64,000 nucleotides of DNA, from the NCBI GenBank assembly GCA_963819985.1, contig CAWFYH010000004.1, forward strand, positions 397,422 through 461,421. The letters run 5' to 3'. The notes under the pieces are model-generated. The model was not told where the DNA came from. It did not search any database and saw nothing but the letters and a program-made list of their open reading frames with translations. Below, one piece after another: positions 57,673 through 64,000 of this stretch. Numbering within the stretch: the stretch's first letter is position 1; each line of letters opens with the position of its first letter. The DNA is from an uncultured Actinomycetota bacterium (lineage in GTDB: Bacteria; Actinomycetota; Actinomycetes; DATJPE01). A program made the position numbers and the translations under genes.

Positions 57673-57807
57673 ATGCTGGAATGCGACTTCTGCCACCGGC
57701 CGTACGACCCGGTCGGCACCCGATGGCTGTGTCCGCACTGTCATATGAAGAACAACTGCTGCGACGGTGCGCCCTGCCCGCTTCCCCCGTCCGGTGCAAC
57801 CAGCTGA
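57673..57807 (+). CDS. 44-aa Cys-rich micro zinc-finger protein
   Basis: MLECDFCHRPYDPVGTRWLCPHCHMKNNCCDGAPCP; CACACT -10-like element 6 nt before ATG. Confidence 0.6.
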   Translation: MLECDFCHRPYDPVGTRWLCPHCHMKNNCCDGAPCPLPPSGATS

Positions 57808-57836
57808 CGGCCAGGTTGCCCGACTAGCGTTGGCTC

Positions 57837-59000
57837 GTGCACGACGTGCCGTGGGGCTATCTGATCGGGGTGCTGGTGGTGCTGGCCGCGGTCGCGGCGG
57901 CATTGTGGCCGCGTCCCACGCGTGGTGCTCGCGCGAACCCAGCCTTTGTGTTGGGCAGCGCGTCCAGCGAGGTGCCGATGGCGTTCCTCCTTCTCCTGTT
58001 GGCGTCGACCGTGCTGGCGCTGGTGTCCGGCGATCTGGCTGATCCTGCAGGGTGGGTGATCTGCGGGCTCGCCGCGGTCTCGGCTGCTGGCCTGGTGCGG
58101 GTTCAGGTCGCGGCCTTCGGTGCGCGGCGCACCGTCATGGCGGCGGTGAACACCGCCATGGAGGCGAACGACCAGGCGGTTGCCTCGTTGCGGCCAGGCG
58201 AACAGTGGCGCACGATGCTGGCGCCCATTCGTTGGCCCTCGCGAGATGTACAGGTCGTGCGCAACGTCTCCTACGGCCCCCACGGCCGGCACAACACCCT
58301 TGACGTTTTTCGCCGTCGCAGCGGGGTCACCGGCGCACCCGTGCTGGTTCACCTGCACGGAGGTGGATTCGTCAGTGGTCGCAAAGGCCTGGAGGCACGA
58401 CTGCTCATGCAGGCGCTGGCCCGTCGTGGCTGGGTGTGCTTGAGCGCGAACTATCGCCTCAGCCCAACCGCTCACTTTCCCGAGAACCTGGTGGACGCCA
58501 AGAGGGTGATCGCGTGGGCACGCACGGAGGGCACCAGGTACGGCGCTGGGCGCACCGTCGTGGTGTGTGGCGGCTCGGCCGGCGCAAACCTGGTCATGAC
58601 CGCTGCGCTCACGCCTGGCCGCACCGACCTGCAGCCCGGCTTCGAGGATGTCGACACCACGGCGCAAGCCGTCGTGACCCTCTACGGCTACTACGGACCA
58701 GCTCCCACCGACGGCCCGTCTTGTCACCTGCCGTCAGCTCCAAGCGACTACCTAAGCCCCGACGCCCCGCCTACTCTCGTGGTTCACGGCGCGCTCGATC
58801 CCATGGTGCCCTTCTCAGGCGCCCGAGCCTTCGCGGAGCAGCTGCACGCGATATCTGCGTCTCCAGTTGCGTACGCCGAAGTGCCAGGCATGCTGCACGC
58901 CTTCGATCGATTCGACGCCGTTCGTCATGGCGGCGTCACGGTGGGGGTGCTGCATTTCCTCGACTCGCTCGGACTCTCACCCACGACCGACGCCCCATGA
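57837..59000 (+). CDS. Membrane-anchored HSL-family alpha/beta hydrolase (esterase/lipase)
   Basis: HGGGF, NYRL, GGSAG (nucleophile), HGALD, HAF; N-terminal TMs. Confidence 0.88.
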   Translation: MHDVPWGYLIGVLVVLAAVAAALWPRPTRGARANPAFVLGSASSEVPMAFLLLLLASTVLALVSGDLADPAGWVICGLAAVSAAGLVRVQVAAFGARRTVMAAVNTAMEANDQAVASLRPGEQWRTMLAPIRWPSRDVQVVRNVSYGPHGRHNTLDVFRRRSGVTGAPVLVHLHGGGFVSGRKGLEARLLMQALARRGWVCLSANYRLSPTAHFPENLVDAKRVIAWARTEGTRYGAGRTVVVCGGSAGANLVMTAALTPGRTDLQPGFEDVDTTAQAVVTLYGYYGPAPTDGPSCHLPSAPSDYLSPDAPPTLVVHGALDPMVPFSGARAFAEQLHAISASPVAYAEVPGMLHAFDRFDAVRHGGVTVGVLHFLDSLGLSPTTDAP

Positions 59001-59155
59001 CGTGCTCGCGAACTTTCGCTGTGACCTTCGACGCATGCGACGGTACCCGCGAGGTGGGCTGGTTCTGAAGCGAGTCGATGGACTGCCGTACGACTGGCGG
59101 ACCCGGACGGTAACGAGTTCTGCGTGGCACCAGGCTGAACGGCCCCCAAGCAGGG

Positions 59156-59563
59156 TCAGAGACGCTCGAGTCGCTTGTCGTCGAGCGCGCCGTCCAGAGC
59201 CCGACCGAAGCCTTCGACATCTCCGGCCACGACGCCTAGCGCGGCAGCATCGAGCACCTCGACGAACCCACCATCGGAGAGCTCGGCCACGACGGCCGGT
59301 GTTCGTGTTCCCGTGAAGGCCAGCAGTCCCGGCGACCGCTCGTTGCGGTGCACGAGGTCGAAGGGGATGCCCAGTCCCTCGCGGAGCACGTCCCACGAGG
59401 GTCGGCGGCGGACGCCCTTGTGGGTGATGTCGCACAACGCGCAGCTGGCCGTCCCTCGCAGGTGCCCGATCGCGTAGGAGAGCTCACCGCGAAGGCCTCC
59501 GTCGGCGTTGTAGACGCCAACCAGGCGTCGGACCGTACGCGGGAGATCAGCATCCGGGGTCAC
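59156..59563 (-). CDS. Conserved hypothetical protein
   Basis: LVGVYNADGG, CALCDITH (CxxC), TPAV; coding-like codon usage. Confidence 0.65.
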   Translation of the reverse strand: MTPDADLPRTVRRLVGVYNADGGLRGELSYAIGHLRGTASCALCDITHKGVRRRPSWDVLREGLGIPFDLVHRNERSPGLLAFTGTRTPAVVAELSDGGFVEVLDAAALGVVAGDVEGFGRALDGALDDKRLERL

Positions 59564-59605
59564 TCCATGAGTATGTCGTCGCTGATCGTCCGGTGCCGAG
59601 TCGGA

Positions 59606-60439
59606 TCAGCTCGAGGTCTTGGTCCAAGTGCCCTGGTAGACGGCAGCCCTGTCACCGCACGGATCCTTGCCGACCGGGGTGAGTTTCATCGCCTTCCCGT
59701 TGTTGGTCAGCGTGTAGGACCAGGCCCACTGCGGGTCTGGAGCCTCACAGAAGGAGCCGGTGTGCGAATTGGGGAAGGGAGGCACCTCAATCGTCCGCCG
59801 CAGGGTCAGTCGCCCCGCAGCGCGGTAGGCCACATCATCCCTTAGCCCGCCGCCCTGGGGATCCTCCAGGAGCCATCCGACGTTGTTGATCGTCAGCCTC
59901 CAGCGTCCTGTGGGAGGGGGTTGACCTGAGGTCGCCTTGGAAACGTCAGCGGAGGAGACCGCGCGCGCCCAGTGCCCGGCGATAGAAGCGGGCGGCGGGG
60001 TCGGCTTGCCCACCGTCGCGGAGACGGTGTCGGTGACCGTCTGCCCGTCCAGAGTGACCAGTCGTGTCTCGAAAGTGTGTTGTCCTGGCTTGAGGAAGGA
60101 GGTGACAAGCCAGTTGCCGTCGTCGCCGTAGAAATACGGAGGGTTCCTCTCCGTCCAGCCCAGCTCCGAGTCGATCAGGAAATCGACCTCGGAGACATCA
60201 GCCGCGTCGATCGACGGTGTGGCCTCCCAGTGGATGCGGTGTGGCAACACCGTCACACCGTCGATGGTCGACGTGATCGCCGCAGCATCGATGGGTGGAG
60301 CCGGGGACGGCGACGAGTCGCCCCCGGTCGGTGTTGAACCACCCGTGCTCGAGCAGGCCCCCAGGGCCACGATGAGGAACGCACCCGCGAGGGGGAGCCC
60401 CGGTCGGCTTGGCCGCGCTGACCGATGGGGGGATGTCAT
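59606..60439 (-). CDS. Lipoprotein with an Ig-like domain
   Basis: Lipobox LGAC; EVDFLID...ERNPPYFY...LKPGQHTF is bacterial Ig-like; ATGA overlap with the upstream gene. Confidence 0.7.
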   Translation of the reverse strand: MTSPHRSARPSRPGLPLAGAFLIVALGACSSTGGSTPTGGDSSPSPAPPIDAAAITSTIDGVTVLPHRIHWEATPSIDAADVSEVDFLIDSELGWTERNPPYFYGDDGNWLVTSFLKPGQHTFETRLVTLDGQTVTDTVSATVGKPTPPPASIAGHWARAVSSADVSKATSGQPPPTGRWRLTINNVGWLLEDPQGGGLRDDVAYRAAGRLTLRRTIEVPPFPNSHTGSFCEAPDPQWAWSYTLTNNGKAMKLTPVGKDPCGDRAAVYQGTWTKTSS

Positions 60440-62239
60440 GGCCTGAGCCCAAGACGCGCCGTCAGCATCTGCAGGATCGTGTTGCGTTCCCGGGCGGGGT
60501 TCGCTGCCCTTCCTGCCTGCATCGGTGACTGGACACCGAGGTGCTGCAGGGTCGAAGCCGTGCCGGTCGCCGTGGTGCAGCCGGAGCACTGGTCGGGCCG
60601 GTTGTGGCGCACGATGCTGGAGTGGAAGGTGATCGGGTCGCGGGTGTAGATCCCGCCCCCGGCCAGGGTCAGCGCCGGTGACCCGCCGACGGAGTTGCCG
60701 GTGACCGCGACGTGGTCGAGGGTGAGCTCGCTGTGGATCCCGTCGAGGAAGGGGAACGGTGGCGCCGTTCCAGATGCCGCCGCCGTAGACCTCGCCGCCG
60801 TGGCCGAAGCCGAGCCCTCGGTTGCCGGTGACGGCGACGTGCCGCAGGGTCAGATCGGCGTCGACGTAGAGGCCGACGCCCCGCACGTAGACGTCTCCAT
60901 GTGGCGCCTTCGCGGTGGTGGTGTTGTCCTTGATCGCGCTGTGGCTCATCGTGAATGCTGGCCCTGGATCCGTCGCACTCGTCGCCCCGAAGGCCTGCAC
61001 CGCAGGCATGGCCACAGCGTTGCCGCGCAGCGCGGTGATCTCGGTGGAGTTGCGGCTCACGCTGAGCCCTCGGATCGTGCCGTTCGTGCACCATCCCGTG
61101 ACACCGCCCGCCGCCCAGTCGACGGTTTCCTTTACCGGGGATCGCTGGCGGTTGCCGTTCATGGTGCTGTCGATCAGGGTCAGGTCGCTGTAGTCCAGCT
61201 GCATGGCGGACATCTGAACACCTGCGCTGCCCTGCGGGTTGTGCACAGTGGCGAGGTTGCGGTCGATGTGCGACGAACGAATCGTGACGGTGCTGCCCTC
61301 GCTGACGTGGATCCCGCCGGAGTTGACCAGCATGTCGGTCGACGACCCGTCGGGGTTCAGTCGCCGGGTTGTGGCTCTTCAGGCTGGCCGTGTTGTGACT
61401 CACCGAGCTGCCGCGCATGGTCAGGGTCGTCTCGTACTGCATGAAGATGCCGCCCCCTTCGGCGTAGCGGCCGTGCGGCGCGACCGCGGCGGCGGTGTTG
61501 CCGGTGATCCGCGAGTTGAGCACCGTGAGGGGTCCCCAGCTCATGACCCCGGCGCCGTCGACGTCGGAGGCCTGCGGGCCGCCCGCAGTGTTGCCTCGCA
61601 CCGTGGTCCGGACCAGGGTGAGGTCACCCCAGTTGTCGACCCCACCGCCGGAAGCGCCCGCGAAGGTGCAGAACCCGTCCGGGCAGCGCGGCCAGTACTC
61701 CTCCTGGTCCGCGTTTGGAAGGGACCCTCCGTCGGAGAGACGCGGTTGTTGCTGATCACGCTGTCGGTCACGGTCACCGTCGCGCCCGGCCCGAAGTCCT
61801 TGCCGGGCATGATCAACAACCCGGCACCCGAGGCGATCGCCTGGTCCAGCCCGGTGAACGGCACCGACTCCGGACCTGACTGCGCCCGTCCCCCGGTCAA
61901 GGTCACGCGGGTAATCCGCACCGTCGGCTCATGGGCGGCGTCGAAGGTGCCCACCGTCAAGACGTGCTCCCCGCCGGCCAACACCGTGCGGCCGGCCCCG
62001 GCCCCAGCCAAAGTGATGCTCTTGGTGACCACAACCCCCCCAGGGAAACGGCCCGCCGGAATGTGCACGGTGTCACCGCGGTGAGCCGCGTTCACCGCAG
62101 CCTGCACCGTGGCGAAGCACGCCCCGTGCACCCGGACGCACACCGATCGCTCAGCCGCCACGGCCTCACCCGCCGGGCCGACCGCCAACCCACCCGCGAC
62201 GGCCACCACCGCGAACGCCACACCCGCGACCCGCCTCAT
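60436..62239 (-). pseudogene. Secreted pectin-lyase-fold (parallel beta-helix) protein with three frameshifts
   Basis: Signal peptide, FATVQAAVNAA..GDTVHIPAG, repeated N-x-A / GGGI motifs. Frame changes near 61718, 61353 and 60765; the repaired frame ends at TGA 60436, overlapping the next ATG. Confidence 0.7.
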
Positions 62240-62573
62240 CGCGAAGCTCCAAGCGGAGTACCGCACGCGGTCGCGAGACCACTGGCCGGCTGTGGACGAG
62301 CTGAGGCGATGGACAGCTCAAACATGCTGGCATTCATAGGAAACCCCTCGAGAAGATCGGGTCCTGACGGACAACGCTTGCGAAGAATGACGCCCTACCT
62401 GTCCCGTGCACCAGGGGCCGGAGTCCCACGCACCCGGGAACATCTCCCGAACCTAGGAGGCAGCTCAGACCGCCTACATACGTTCCAGCAGCACAAGAAA
62501 TCTCAGCGCTAGCACCAACCCGGTGGAGACCAGAACACGAGGACCGAGCTCGGCGCATCTGAATCTCCTAGAG

Positions 62574-62604
62574 TTGTTCACTAGTGTTTAGCACTAGTGA
62601 GCAA
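62574..62604. promoter_or_regulatory. Candidate TetR operator
   Basis: TTGTTCACTAGTG-tttag-CACTAGTGAGCAA, 13-bp arms with one mismatch, 20 nt before the TetR ATG. Confidence 0.65.
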
Positions 62605-62624
62605 GACGGATACTGTTCCTCTGG

Positions 62625-63278
62625 ATGGCACCTGTCAAGAGGGACGCTGGGACCCCAATCACCGGGCACCCATTGACACGCGCAGAGCGAGCGGCGGCAA
62701 CGAGGCGGCGGATCGTGGAAGCTGCCAGTCGGCTACTGGTCGAACGTGGTTGGCGCAGCACGACCATGGCCGCGGTCGCCGACGCGTCGGGGGTGGCCGT
62801 CCAAACGGTGTATTTCGTTTTCCACACCAAGCAGAAACTGCTCGCTGACGTCTACGACTACGCCGTCCTTGGCGACGTCGGCGCGCCTCCGCCCGACGCA
62901 CAGCTGTGGTTCACGGCCGTGCTCGAAGATCCCGACCCTCGCCACGGCCTGCAGCTGTTCGTGGAAGGAAACGCCAGGATCCTCGTGCGCGTCGGCCCGT
63001 TGGTCCACGTCCTGCTGGCCAGCGGCGAGCCGGACGTCCGCGCCCTGTTCGACAGCCGAGAACAACTCCGTCACCAGGCGTTCGCCGCGTACGTCGAGAG
63101 CCTGCGCAGCCGGGGTCACCTACGAGGGGGCCTCGACTCCTCGCGAGCCACCGACATCCTGCACGTGCTGCTCGGCCCCCAGCTCTTCGCCTCGGTGGCC
63201 TCGCTCGGGTGGACAACCGATGAATGGACAGACTGGATCACCACGACCGCCACCCAGCAAATCCTCGAACAACCCTGA
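62625..63278 (+). CDS. TetR family regulator
   Basis: TMAAVADASGVAVQTVYFVFHTKQKLL HTH. Confidence 0.93.
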   Translation: MAPVKRDAGTPITGHPLTRAERAAATRRRIVEAASRLLVERGWRSTTMAAVADASGVAVQTVYFVFHTKQKLLADVYDYAVLGDVGAPPPDAQLWFTAVLEDPDPRHGLQLFVEGNARILVRVGPLVHVLLASGEPDVRALFDSREQLRHQAFAAYVESLRSRGHLRGGLDSSRATDILHVLLGPQLFASVASLGWTTDEWTDWITTTATQQILEQP

Positions 63279-63299
63279 TGTCCGGAGTTCTGGTCGGGC

Positions 63300-64000
63300 T
63301 CACTCCGTGAGAAGGACCTCACTGATCGGCCGCCGTGGTGCCGGCGGCGGTTGTTCTCCATACCCCAGGCGGAGGAGGGACTGCGGGTAGCCCCACGCCC
63401 CACCCGGGTCGCGGAGCCACTCTCGAAGCTCGGGGACCTCGGTAGGCTGGCTGAGCAGTGCCGTTGACACTCCGGCCGCGGTCGCCTCGAGCAGAACACG
63501 TTCCAGAGCCAGGCCAGCCGTAAGGCGATCCGCCGCGGAGTCTCCGTCGGTGAGCAGCACGAGCAGCAGCGCCTCGTCGTCAAAGTCGGCCACTGACCGC
63601 TCGGGGACGTGGCCGGACATCGAGAAGTCCCGCACCAGCGAGGTGTGGACGCGGGCGCGCGGCCCGAGGTTCTCAACCGGGATCCCTGACCCTTCATCGG
63701 GCCGGTCGGTGGTCCATGACCGTACGTCGTCAACGACATCTGACCGATCTCGCTGGGCGATGTCGGCATCGTGGACGAGCCGGGAGATCGCGACCCGCTG
63801 CCACGAGGGTGGACGCTCCAGACGCGCACCCTCCTGAGCTGCCGCACCGTGAAGCGATGCGATCACACCGTCCGGGACCTGGCGATCGTCAAAAGGCTGT
63901 CGGCTGGTCCGTCGGTTGGGGATCGCGTCGAACAAGCGCTGCTCGTCGTCGCTCATCTCGTGGTCCCCCACGACTCGGACCACGCCGAGCAGATCCGGGC
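63300..64000 (-). CDS. Acg-type FMN-binding nitroreductase-like protein (5' end outside the window)
   Basis: AIPNRRTSRQPF, LLLTDGD, AGLALERVLLEAT, QPTEVP, PQSLLRLG; frame stays open to the window end. Confidence 0.8.
   Translation of the reverse strand, partial: PDLLGVVRVVGDHEMSDDEQRLFDAIPNRRTSRQPFDDRQVPDGVIASLHGAAAQEGARLERPPSWQRVAISRLVHDADIAQRDRSDVVDDVRSWTTDRPDEGSGIPVENLGPRARVHTSLVRDFSMSGHVPERSVADFDDEALLLVLLTDGDSAADRLTAGLALERVLLEATAAGVSTALLSQPTEVPELREWLRDPGGAWGYPQSLLRLGYGEQPPPAPRRPISEVLLTE

Overview
High-GC actinobacterial (Actinomycetota, non-mycobacterial gene order) chromosome segment with three parts. (1) 204-20836: a ~20.6 kb Wzx/Wzy-type exopolysaccharide locus. It has a priming transferase, PssD/PssE-like and GT2 glycosyltransferases, flippase, polymerase, three co-polymerase-like proteins and an APH-like kinase. 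It also has FIVE sulfotransferase domains (one fused to the PssE-like GT) and THREE exported GH26-like hydrolases. One hydrolase sits behind a clear c-di-AMP (ydaO/yuaA) riboswitch. (2) 21113-51007: mostly conserved actinobacterial core: pth, rplY, prs, glmU, tRNA-Gln, desaturase/TetR, TamR-like MarR, ABC-F, ispE-rsmA-rpfB, tatD, metG, rsmI, pmt, tRNA-Ala, sepX-like, rimJ-like, moaB/moaC/moeA, galU, ygfA, 2x crcB, ECF sigma, FmdB, MTAP, SAF, mscL. (3) 51017-64000: accessory genes: flavoprotein disulfide reductase, RbpA-family protein, fdhD, two-component system, micro zinc-finger, esterase, lipoprotein, a triply frameshifted beta-helix gene, TetR with a visible operator, and a partial Acg-type nitroreductase. 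The most promising system is the sulfated, possibly glycosaminoglycan-like EPS locus and its c-di-AMP-linked hydrolase. No CRISPR array, transposase, integrase or rRNA was seen. All family calls come from motif recognition by eye, not from database searches. Start codons were often re-assigned from the ORF track using RBS and ATGA/GTGA overlaps.
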